248,000 nt of DNA from Hyalangium minutum. Lineage in GTDB: Bacteria > Myxococcota > Myxococcia > Myxococcales > Myxococcaceae. Within the stretch, counting starts at the first letter, position 1. Each line of letters opens with the position of its first letter. The notes beneath the pieces were generated by a model. It had not been told where the DNA came from. It made no database searches and saw nothing but the letters and a program-made list of their open reading frames with translations. Made by a program: the position numbers and the translations under genes. The stretch covers positions 268,001 to 516,000 of the forward strand of contig NZ_JMCB01000002.1 of NCBI RefSeq assembly GCF_000737315.1, in the 5' to 3' direction. This document shows, in pieces, positions 168,861 through 176,992 of the stretch.

Positions 168861-170495
168861 ATGTCGAAGGGAGAGCGGGTTCTTGTCATCTCGGGTCCGA
168901 TTGGAGCAGGCAAGAGCACGCTTGCCCAAGGACTCGTCGAGCGCCATGGAGCACATCGTGTCAGCTCTCGGGAGCTGTTGCTCGCGCGCATGGGAGAACG
169001 CAGTGGGGACCGGCGCACGCTCCAGGAGGCCGGTGCGGCGCTGGACCGCGAGACGGGTGGGCGCTGGGTGGCGGACAGCGTGAAGGAAGTCCTTCAGCGG
169101 CAGGAAGGACCGCCCCGTCTACTCATCGTGGACTCTGTCCGCATCGCATCCCAGGCCGAGGCGCTGCGAAGAGCCCTGGGGTCCCGGGTGGTGCATGTGC
169201 ACCTGTCCGCGCCGGAGCAAGAACTCGCGGCGCGATACGAACAACGGCGTTCGCGGGCGGTGTCCGACTCCGAGGGCACCTCGTTCGAGGAGGCCCGCGC
169301 CGATGCCACGGAGCGCGGAGTGGAGACGCTCGCGGAGTTCGCGGACCTGGCGCTGAACACACACCGGCATCCCCCCGAGGCGGTGCTGGTCCAGGTCGCA
169401 TGCCTGCTCGGGCTGTTTGGCCGAGACGTGGAGCGGCTCGTCGACGTGTTGGTCGGAGGCCAGTATGGAAGCGAGGGCAAGGGGCAGATCGCCTCCTATC
169501 TCGCGCCGGAATACGACGTCTTGGTGCGCGTGGGGGGGCCCAATGCCGGACATCGCGTGTACGAGGAGCTGGGGCCTTATACCTTCCACCAGCTTCCGTC
169601 GGGGACACGGGCGGCGCCTCGCGCGCGGGTGGCGCTGGGGCCTGGAGCCACTCTCTCGCTGACGTCTCTTCAGCAAGAGATCGCTGACTGCCGGATCGAG
169701 CCGGGGAGGCTCTTCATCGATCCCCAAGCGCTCGTCATCGAACCCTCGGACGTCGCGTTCGAGGAAGAGTCCTTGCGGAAGCAAATTGCGTCGACGGCAC
169801 AAGGTGTGGGGATGGCGACGGCGCGCAAGGTGCTGCGCACGGCGGCGAAGCCGCAGGTCCGGCTTGCGAAGGAGCTTGAAGAGCTGAGGCCCTTTCTCTC
169901 CCCTACGCGAGAGGTGCTGGAGGACACCTATGCGGGTGGCGGTAAAATCCTCGTCGAGGGGACCCAGGGGGCGGGTTTGAGCTTGCACCATGGGGATTAT
170001 CCGTATGTGACCTCGCGGGACACGACGGCGAGCGGGTGTCTGGCGGAGGCCGGCATTGCTCCAGGCCGGGTGCGTAAGACGCTTCTGGTATGCCGCACTT
170101 ATCCCATTCGGGTGCAGAACCCCGATGGAGGGGATGGCACCTCGGGCCCCATGAGCAGAGAACTTTCCTGGGATGAGATTGCCCAGCGCTCGGGCTTGCC
170201 TCTGGAGGAGCTGCTGACGCAGGAGCGTACCTCGACGACGAAGCGGCAGCGGCGAGTCTCCGAGTTCGATTGGAGCCTGCTGCGCAAGGCTGCCGCGCTC
170301 AATGCCCCCACGGACGTGGTGCTGACCTTCGTGGACTATCTCGCCGCGAGCAACAGGTCCGCCCGGCGCTTCGAGCAATTGACCCCAGAGGTGCACCACC
170401 TCATTGAAGGCATCGAGCGGGTCGCCCAGGCCCCGGTGTCGATCCTGTCCACGGGCTTTGGTTTTCAGAACATCCTCGACAGGAGGGCGTGGTGA
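168861..170495 (+). CDS. P-loop NMP-kinase domain fused to a PurZ0/PurA-like adenylosuccinate synthetase homologue
   Basis: GPIGAGKS, R.LQ.AG, VDSVR; GQYGSEGKG, GPNAGH, HQLPSG, EGTQG..L, YPYVTSRDT, TTKRQRRV, LTFVDYL. Confidence 0.85.
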   Translation: MSKGERVLVISGPIGAGKSTLAQGLVERHGAHRVSSRELLLARMGERSGDRRTLQEAGAALDRETGGRWVADSVKEVLQRQEGPPRLLIVDSVRIASQAEALRRALGSRVVHVHLSAPEQELAARYEQRRSRAVSDSEGTSFEEARADATERGVETLAEFADLALNTHRHPPEAVLVQVACLLGLFGRDVERLVDVLVGGQYGSEGKGQIASYLAPEYDVLVRVGGPNAGHRVYEELGPYTFHQLPSGTRAAPRARVALGPGATLSLTSLQQEIADCRIEPGRLFIDPQALVIEPSDVAFEEESLRKQIASTAQGVGMATARKVLRTAAKPQVRLAKELEELRPFLSPTREVLEDTYAGGGKILVEGTQGAGLSLHHGDYPYVTSRDTTASGCLAEAGIAPGRVRKTLLVCRTYPIRVQNPDGGDGTSGPMSRELSWDEIAQRSGLPLEELLTQERTSTTKRQRRVSEFDWSLLRKAAALNAPTDVVLTFVDYLAASNRSARRFEQLTPEVHHLIEGIERVAQAPVSILSTGFGFQNILDRRAW

Positions 170496-171169
170496 GCGGG
170501 ATTCGCGCGGACGACTTCTCCGAACGCTTTCCCCTCCTCTTTCACATGGCGGAGGCAGGGAGCTGGCCGAGCATCCAGCGCCATGGGCTGCTGAGCACCT
170601 CGGCGCTCCTGGACCTCTTCGAGGTGAGGGGCGAGCAGCGGGTGGCCTTGGAAGCACGGCATCGGCCCGAGTCTGTCACGCTCTATCACCCCCGGCACGG
170701 GACTGCGGTCGTGCGAGACCAGAAACCCATGGATGATGCAGGGCTGCTGCGGAGTCTGAGCGGCGGACTGTCTCCAACGGATTGGTACCAACTGCTCAAT
170801 GCCCGGGTGTTCTTCTGGGTCACCCACGAGCGGCTCACGAAGCTTCTCAATGCCCGAGCGTACCGGAACAAGCGGCAGACGGTGCTGACGCTAGACACCG
170901 CGCGGCTGCTGGCTCGCCATGAGGCGCGCGTCATGCTGTCCCCACTCAACAGTGGAGCGACGAAGCCATCTGCATGGCCTCGTGGACCGGACACCTTCCT
171001 GCCGATGGTGCGATACCCGTTCTCTTCTTGGGACCAGAGGCGCAAGCGCCGGGATCCGGTGGTCGAACTGACCGTCACCTATTCCGTGCCCGACATCAGG
171101 GACTTCGTGCTGCGAGTCGAGGAGTACGCGGGGGGGAAGCCAGACACGCTGTTGTTCAAGGCCAGGTGA
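170489..171169 (+). CDS. DUF7002/DarT-like ADP-ribosyltransferase-fold protein
   Basis: LFHM...W.SI.RHGLLS, RVFFW, VVELTV resemble DarT motifs. Confidence 0.55.
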   Translation: MVSGIRADDFSERFPLLFHMAEAGSWPSIQRHGLLSTSALLDLFEVRGEQRVALEARHRPESVTLYHPRHGTAVVRDQKPMDDAGLLRSLSGGLSPTDWYQLLNARVFFWVTHERLTKLLNARAYRNKRQTVLTLDTARLLARHEARVMLSPLNSGATKPSAWPRGPDTFLPMVRYPFSSWDQRRKRRDPVVELTVTYSVPDIRDFVLRVEEYAGGKPDTLLFKAR

Positions 171170-171175
171170 GTCACA

Positions 171176-171195
171176 CCCCCGAACGGGGGATATGC
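171176..171195. promoter_or_regulatory. Palindromic motif copy 2
   Basis: cccccgaacgggggatatgc, about 52 bp upstream of yjzC. Confidence 0.5.
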
Positions 171196-171247
171196 GTCTC
171201 TGCCTCGGGTCTCTAATTTGTGTCCTGAAGCAACCCAGGAGACGTCA

Positions 171248-171442
171248 ATGGCGACCGGAGTACAGGAGTTCAAGACGGGTGAGAAGTGCGAGACCAAAGG
171301 CAACTACGCGTTCGTTCGGTACGTGGACAATCCGCAGACCCCCCTTCCGACAATCAATGAGCGGAACATTCCTCTCGACAAGGGGGACACGTTCCCTCCC
171401 ATCAAGTCTCAGAACAGGGCAGCTTGGTGGAGGCTTACCTAG
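171248..171442 (+). CDS. YjzC family small protein
   Basis: GEK...G.Y...GD.FPP....W. Confidence 0.65.
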   Translation: MATGVQEFKTGEKCETKGNYAFVRYVDNPQTPLPTINERNIPLDKGDTFPPIKSQNRAAWWRLT

Positions 171443-171502
171443 GTGACGTAGACGTGATGGCGAGCGTCGGAGCCTGTGAGCTCTGACGCTCGCATCTAAG
171501 CG

Positions 171503-172774
171503 CTACCGGCAGGGGTAGTTGGACTTCGTGCAGGTGACGCCGGAGTTATACGAGTCGTTGAAGTGGGCGTAGTACCCGTCATAGAGCGGGTGCGTCGTCC
171601 CGGTCTCGCCCGCCAACTTGACGAAGATCTCCTCGTTCTCGTTGAGCGCGTCCTGGGACCAGTTCTGCGAGCCCGTGTACACCCGGTACTGGTACGCGGA
171701 GCCGTACTTGCCGTACACGAGGAAGAACTTGTCGTGCACCTTGTCGTGCCGGCGGATGTTCACCCCCGCATCCAGCAGCGAGTTGTAGACCGACTGCGCC
171801 ATGTCGATGCCGTCGGTCGAGTTCCCGCTCACCACCATCCACACCGCGCAGCCCCCGTTGCGGTAGCGCAGCACCTGGTTGAGTAGCTCCGGGCGCCCCG
171901 TGGTGACGAACGCCATGCCAATGCGCAGGCGGCAGTTCGCGTCCGGCGTGACGTCGTTCAGCCGCGTGACGATGGTGTCCGTCTGGCCCACGGCCTCGGG
172001 CGAGGCGTAGACGTCCGCAGGGTTGGACAGGTAGTAGCCCCGGCCGCTCGCCGAGTCGTAGTAGTCATTGTTGGCGTAGTGCCGCCGGTTCCACATGTCC
172101 GAGAAGTGGGCGTTGAGCCCGTCGTACAGCGTGACGGCGTCATACACGGTGATGGCGTTGTTGGACGCATCCGGTCCGCTCGCGTACGTCAGGTTCGATG
172201 AGCCGAACCAGGACACGTTCGGGTAGAGCACCCCGCTGGGATCCGTCGCCTGGCTGAACGTGAACATCTTCGTGTGCATATTGCCGGCGCTGCTCGTGCC
172301 GATGCAGCCCCCGCCACCACTCGCGTTGGTGCAGAACTTCGCGTTGGCGATCTTCTTGAGGGTCGCCACCGCCGGATCCGTGGAGGCTGCGTTCTTCCCA
172401 TCCAGCACCAGGGACACAGAGACGCCCCGCGTCTGCGCCGCCAGCAGCGCATCCGCCACGCCATCAATGCTGATGGAGTGAATGGCGCCCCGGATGGTGC
172501 CACCCGCGGGCGTGCTGTGGATGAGCCGCTTCAGCTCGTCCGTGATGGTGTAGTCCCGGCCCGAGAACGCGGGCGGGTTGCTGAAGTGTGCCCAGACCCG
172601 CTTGCCGCCCACCGTCCCCGTCGCGGAGCTGATCCCCGCCTGAACGACGCCGGTCTCCTCGCCCAGGAGCTCTTCTTCCTCGGGAGAGCGAGGCGCGCAG
172701 GCGGTGAGCGCCGCCGCGCTGAGAGCCACTGCCAGTGCCTGCAGAACCGCCTCAATGTTTGTCCGCGAACGCAT
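171503..172774 (-). CDS. Exported phospholipase D-superfamily lipoprotein
   Basis: Lipobox LTAC; HTK...GSSN and HDK...GSQN. Confidence 0.8.
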   Translation of the reverse strand: MRSRTNIEAVLQALAVALSAAALTACAPRSPEEEELLGEETGVVQAGISSATGTVGGKRVWAHFSNPPAFSGRDYTITDELKRLIHSTPAGGTIRGAIHSISIDGVADALLAAQTRGVSVSLVLDGKNAASTDPAVATLKKIANAKFCTNASGGGGCIGTSSAGNMHTKMFTFSQATDPSGVLYPNVSWFGSSNLTYASGPDASNNAITVYDAVTLYDGLNAHFSDMWNRRHYANNDYYDSASGRGYYLSNPADVYASPEAVGQTDTIVTRLNDVTPDANCRLRIGMAFVTTGRPELLNQVLRYRNGGCAVWMVVSGNSTDGIDMAQSVYNSLLDAGVNIRRHDKVHDKFFLVYGKYGSAYQYRVYTGSQNWSQDALNENEEIFVKLAGETGTTHPLYDGYYAHFNDSYNSGVTCTKSNYPCR

Positions 172775-172870
172775 CTGCTCCCTCCAGGGGCTCGACAACC
172801 CGAGAAAGCCAGAATCACGGAGATAATGATAAATCAAGTGCTCCAGGAGCCGGTGACTTTCGATATTGAA

Positions 172871-172889
172871 AATGAGAACCATTATCAAA
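172871..172889. promoter_or_regulatory. Fur box
   Basis: AATGAGAACCATTATCAA upstream of the HmuY-like gene; a second half-site GATAATGATAA lies at 172822. Confidence 0.75.
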
Positions 172890-172943
172890 TAGGGTCGCGG
172901 CCCGAAGTCTTCCTCTCTCTGCACACGCCCCCTGGACAGGACT

Positions 172944-173735
172944 GTGGCCATGAACTCCTCCACCGAAGTGAGACCGATGAATCGCGAGACCCGAGCCCGA
173001 TGGGTATGGGCGATGATGATGATGTCGATGGTGCCGCTGTGGGCAGGCTGCGGCACGGACGACGAGCCCGAGCCCGCACCGAAGTGTGAGGCCAGCGCCG
173101 TGCGGTGCACCGAGCAGAGCATCGACCAGCTCGACCTGCTCACCACCGTGTCCACGGGAGAGATTCGCGAGGAGGGAACCACCTCCGGCCAGTTCCATAC
173201 CTATGTGGATGCTCGCGCGGGCGGGCTCACGCCCACGCAGTCCTATACCTACGTCAGCTTCACCGAGCAGGGGCTGACCCGGGTGTCGGTGGATGATCAG
173301 GCGGCACTGGCGTCGACGGACTGGGACATTGCCTTCCGCCGCTTCGTCATCCGGGTGAACAGCGGCGTCTCGGGGCCCTCCTGCGTCTCCGTGGCGCAGG
173401 CCCCGGTGGGCACGACCTTTGACTCGGTGACCCGGGTGGACCCCGCGTGGCAGTTCCGCACGGAGAACTACTTCACGGAGACCTGCGAGCTCGTCGAGGA
173501 CGACACCGGCATCGGCGCGCCGGCCGCGGTGATGGGCAGCTACTGGTCCTACGAGAGCTGTCTGGTCATGACGGGCAACGTCTTCGTGCTGCGTCTGGCC
173601 GACAGCCGCCACGTCAAGGTGCAGGTGACGAGCTACTACGAGCCCTCGGTCCAGGAGACGTGCAACCAGACGGGGAGCGCGACCCAGCCGAGCGGCGCGG
173701 CGCAGTTCCGGGTCAAGTGGGCCTTCCTCCCGTGA
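172944..173735 (+). CDS. HmuY family lipoprotein
   Basis: Lipobox WAGC; WDIAF.RF.I.VNSG.SG. Confidence 0.8.
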   Translation: MAMNSSTEVRPMNRETRARWVWAMMMMSMVPLWAGCGTDDEPEPAPKCEASAVRCTEQSIDQLDLLTTVSTGEIREEGTTSGQFHTYVDARAGGLTPTQSYTYVSFTEQGLTRVSVDDQAALASTDWDIAFRRFVIRVNSGVSGPSCVSVAQAPVGTTFDSVTRVDPAWQFRTENYFTETCELVEDDTGIGAPAAVMGSYWSYESCLVMTGNVFVLRLADSRHVKVQVTSYYEPSVQETCNQTGSATQPSGAAQFRVKWAFLP

Positions 173736-175201
173736 GGTGGGCGGCGCTGGCGGTCCTCGCCTTCGCCGGGTGTGGCCCGGGCCACTCAGCGCCCGAGCCA
173801 CATGACCGCTCACAGGCCGCGTTGTTGGCGGAGAGCCGGCCGACCTCTCCGTCCTCGAGCCTGCCGCGCTTCGAGGCCACCGAGCAGGTGGAGTCCGTGG
173901 TGTCCCCTGGGGCGCATTTCCGCATCCACTTCACGCGCAGCGGGCCCAATGCGGTGAAGGCTGCGGATGCCGATGGCAATGGCATCCCGGATGCGGTCGA
174001 CATCGTGGCTCGGACCTACGATCGGGTCGCGGCCTTCTACGCGGGGCTGGGCTACCTGCCTCCGCCCGAGGACTCCTGGCTGCCGGGAGACTTCGGCGGA
174101 GACGGGCTCTTCGATGTCTACCTGTTGGACTTCGCCGGGCGTGCGGACGGGGCGTTCCGGACAGATGGTTGCCAGGGCGCGGAGAGCCAGTGCTCGGGGC
174201 ACATGCTCCAGGAGAATGACTTCACCGGGTACAGCTACCGCTCCTATGAGGAGGCGGTGGACACGCTGGCCAGCCATGAGTTCTTCCATGCCGTGCAGGC
174301 CGCCTACCACCCCAACCTCGGGAGCGTGGCGGTGGAGGGCACCGCGGTCTGGGCGACGGAGCGCTTCGCCCCGGCCTTGGAGGATCTGGAGCAGTTCTCC
174401 TCCGCGTACCTCGATCGGCCGGATCGCAGCCTGGTCGTGGATCCCGACGGGCCGGGCAGCTTCTCCTACGGCTCCTCGCTCTACTTTCAGTTCTTGAGCG
174501 AGCGCTTCGGAGACCGGCTCATCCTGTCGATGTGGGAGGAGAGCGTCCGCACCCCCAGCGTGCGCTGGCCGGCGCTGGTGGATACCGTGCTGCGCCGCGA
174601 TTCGGGCGCGGACTTCGACCGTGCCTTCGCGGAGTTTGCCCAGTGGAACATGGCCACCGGTTCACATGCCCGGCCGGGCCAGGGGTACGCGCGCGGCGAG
174701 GGCTATGCCGAGCTCACCTCCTCCTCCAAGACCTTCCCAGTGGATGAGCCCTCGGTGCGGGTGGCTCCTGCCTCGACGCGATACTTCGAGGTGGCGGGAG
174801 CACAGAACATCTCCGTGAGCTTCCAGCCCACGGATGATGCGGAGACAGGGGCGCTCCACCTCCTGGTGGCAGTGGTGGGCCAGGACGGCACGCTCCAGGT
174901 GACCCGGGCGGACAGTCCAGGGGCTCTGCTCGCCCAGGTGTCCGCGCAGGGTGCCTCCCGCGTGCTGGTGGCGGTCGTGGATGGGCGCCACCAAGGGCTG
175001 GGGCGGTACGGGCGGCTCTGCATCACGGACACCGCCACCGGCTCGCCTTGCGGCGGGGACGCTCCCTCCGATGGCGAGGACAAGGACACGGGCTGCCAGT
175101 CAGCCCCCGGCGGATGGACGTGGTGGCTGTCCTGGCTGGTGCTGGCCGCTGGCGGGTACCGCCCCCTCCGGAAGCGGTCTCACCTCGAAGCTTCGCGCTG
175201 A
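173732..175201 (+). CDS. Zinc metalloprotease with MYXO-CTERM-like tail (MXAN_6640-like)
   Basis: SHEFFHAVQ, EG.A.W; GC..TM tail. Confidence 0.75.
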   Translation: MRWAALAVLAFAGCGPGHSAPEPHDRSQAALLAESRPTSPSSSLPRFEATEQVESVVSPGAHFRIHFTRSGPNAVKAADADGNGIPDAVDIVARTYDRVAAFYAGLGYLPPPEDSWLPGDFGGDGLFDVYLLDFAGRADGAFRTDGCQGAESQCSGHMLQENDFTGYSYRSYEEAVDTLASHEFFHAVQAAYHPNLGSVAVEGTAVWATERFAPALEDLEQFSSAYLDRPDRSLVVDPDGPGSFSYGSSLYFQFLSERFGDRLILSMWEESVRTPSVRWPALVDTVLRRDSGADFDRAFAEFAQWNMATGSHARPGQGYARGEGYAELTSSSKTFPVDEPSVRVAPASTRYFEVAGAQNISVSFQPTDDAETGALHLLVAVVGQDGTLQVTRADSPGALLAQVSAQGASRVLVAVVDGRHQGLGRYGRLCITDTATGSPCGGDAPSDGEDKDTGCQSAPGGWTWWLSWLVLAAGGYRPLRKRSHLEASR

Positions 175202-176229
175202 GAGGCCGTGGCGCTCACGCCCCGCTCCACGAAGCGCTCGAGGGTTGCCCGGATCTGCGCGCGCATGTTGGCGGCCGATTCGGGCTTTCCCTCGCGCTGG
175301 CGCTGCCGGTAGGTCTCCGCGAGCGCGAAGAGCTCCTCCGAGCGCCTCCGCCCCTCGGCGTTCTCTCTCATCGTGAGGTGGGGATGGGCCTGGAAGAGGG
175401 CGTGCCACTCCTGGCGCACCTCGCTCCAGAAGCCCTGCGTGTCCGTCCAGTAGGCGCTCGCCTCGGGCAGGCTCTGGGCCTCCGGCAGCCGGGTGTAGAC
175501 GTTGAGTCCCCGCTCCCGTACCAGCGCATGCGGCACCGGGCCGAGCACCACCTTCAGGCTGTCCTGCTCGTGCACCCAGCCCGTGGGCGTCAAGGCGTGC
175601 CGGTTGGTGCCAGTCAGGACGTCGTAGTCGCTCCGCTTCGTGTACTCGCGGCGCGGCAAGGGGCGCCATGTCTCGCCGGACTGCCAGGAGGACACTCCGC
175701 GAGCATGGGTCCAGCGCCCCGAGCCCTCATACCGAGGCCCATCGTCGACCTCGAACACGGCTTGGCTCCACGTACACCGGGCCTCCGCCGGGGACAGCGC
175801 ATGGTGCTCCCATGACTGGCGGCCGCGAAACTCGAGCAACTCGGTGTCCTCGAACGTCCAGTCCTGGCGCCAGTGCTTGAGGGGCGCTGGCTGTCCGTCT
175901 TTCGTCACCACCAGGATGTGCTGGAGCGACACGCGCCCCGGCGTGTCCTCCACCACCCCCACCCACTCCGTCCCCGTGGTGCGGTAGGGAGCCCGCGGCG
176001 TGTAGCCCTCGCTGAGGCTCACCGTCTCTTCAAAGGCGAACTCCACCCGGTAGCTTCCCGCCATGCGAAGAATCGCGGCCCTGTCGCGCTCCGGATCACA
176101 CCCCTCTGCCGCCGGCGCTTCCACCTGGACCGTGGGGGAGATGCTCCGAGGCGCGCAGGCCAGGGTCAGTGTGAGCAGGGCCCAGCGCGGCACAGGGCTC
176201 CTCCGTGGCTCCGTTGTGTGGAACGTCAT
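175180..176229 (-). CDS. DUF6607-like lipoprotein
   Basis: LQHIL, KHWRQDW, Q.V..VDD.PRY.G, RPLPRRE. Confidence 0.7.
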   Translation of the reverse strand: MTFHTTEPRRSPVPRWALLTLTLACAPRSISPTVQVEAPAAEGCDPERDRAAILRMAGSYRVEFAFEETVSLSEGYTPRAPYRTTGTEWVGVVEDTPGRVSLQHILVVTKDGQPAPLKHWRQDWTFEDTELLEFRGRQSWEHHALSPAEARCTWSQAVFEVDDGPRYEGSGRWTHARGVSSWQSGETWRPLPRREYTKRSDYDVLTGTNRHALTPTGWVHEQDSLKVVLGPVPHALVRERGLNVYTRLPEAQSLPEASAYWTDTQGFWSEVRQEWHALFQAHPHLTMRENAEGRRRSEELFALAETYRQRQREGKPESAANMRAQIRATLERFVERGVSATASQREASR

Positions 176230-176306
176230 GGGATGCCCTCCGGTTGAGATGGGAAGCCGGTGTTGAAGGTGTGAGCTGTCACTTCATGGGCGTGCGTGTC
176301 CCAGCC

Positions 176307-176963
176307 CTATCCTTGAGGGGCAGGCGGCTTCACGCTCCCCCAGTGGAGCTGGAACATCGCTGGGGTCCCTGCCGCGTCGTAGTAGGACAGGATCCGCACC
176401 TTGAAGTAGGCGCCCTCATCCGTCCGGACGACATAGAGCATGCTGCGCGGCGAGAGCTGGTGCGTCCTCGGGTCGTAGCTGTACCAGGCCGTTCCCGACT
176501 CGAAGGCGGTGTCCGGGTCCGTGTTCTCGTCGGCACCATCCTCCGCGTCGGTGACGTACCCCTCCGCGGGGGCTTGGCTCACCTGGGCAAAGTCCGCGTC
176601 CGCAAGGATGGCCGCCGCTACGGCTCCGCTGCCATTCACGCCTCCCCGGACGCGGATGTGAAACCGCTGGAAGGCCAAGTCCCACTGCTTGTCCTCGGTC
176701 CCCTCTACCTGCTGACGCTGATCCAGGTCGAAGCCGATCCACTTCTCCGAGCTCGTCGCGTCGAGGGTGGTGGTGAGGGTGCCGTCGCCGTTGTCCACGT
176801 GGCGGATGTTCGGCTCTTGCGGCGCGTTGCCAGGATCCTCGATGTCGGGAACGTCGTCGGGATTCGGCTGGAGGTCCGGGCCACAGGCCGCCAGCCACCC
176901 CGTGAGGAGCAGCACCGAGGCGAGGGGACGGCGGAGCGCGGGGCGAAGGGGCAGGGCACGCAT
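176307..176963 (-). CDS. HmuY family lipoprotein (second)
   Basis: Lipobox LAAC; WDLAFQRF.I; WY.Y; K...YY. Confidence 0.8.
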   Translation of the reverse strand: MRALPLRPALRRPLASVLLLTGWLAACGPDLQPNPDDVPDIEDPGNAPQEPNIRHVDNGDGTLTTTLDATSSEKWIGFDLDQRQQVEGTEDKQWDLAFQRFHIRVRGGVNGSGAVAAAILADADFAQVSQAPAEGYVTDAEDGADENTDPDTAFESGTAWYSYDPRTHQLSPRSMLYVVRTDEGAYFKVRILSYYDAAGTPAMFQLHWGSVKPPAPQG

Positions 176964-176992
176964 GCGAGTCACCTGAGGGAAAGCGAGGAGCA

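Noticed and set aside
168861-170495. Ordinary housekeeping purA
   Set aside because: It has Ser instead of the catalytic Asp, a short archaeal/phage-type length, a kinase fusion and an accessory context. The symbol is withheld.
163587-171442. Prophage or ICE
   Set aside because: No integrase, structural, relaxase or T4SS genes and no flanking att repeats were seen; the HerA motifs fit HerA rather than VirB4/TraC.
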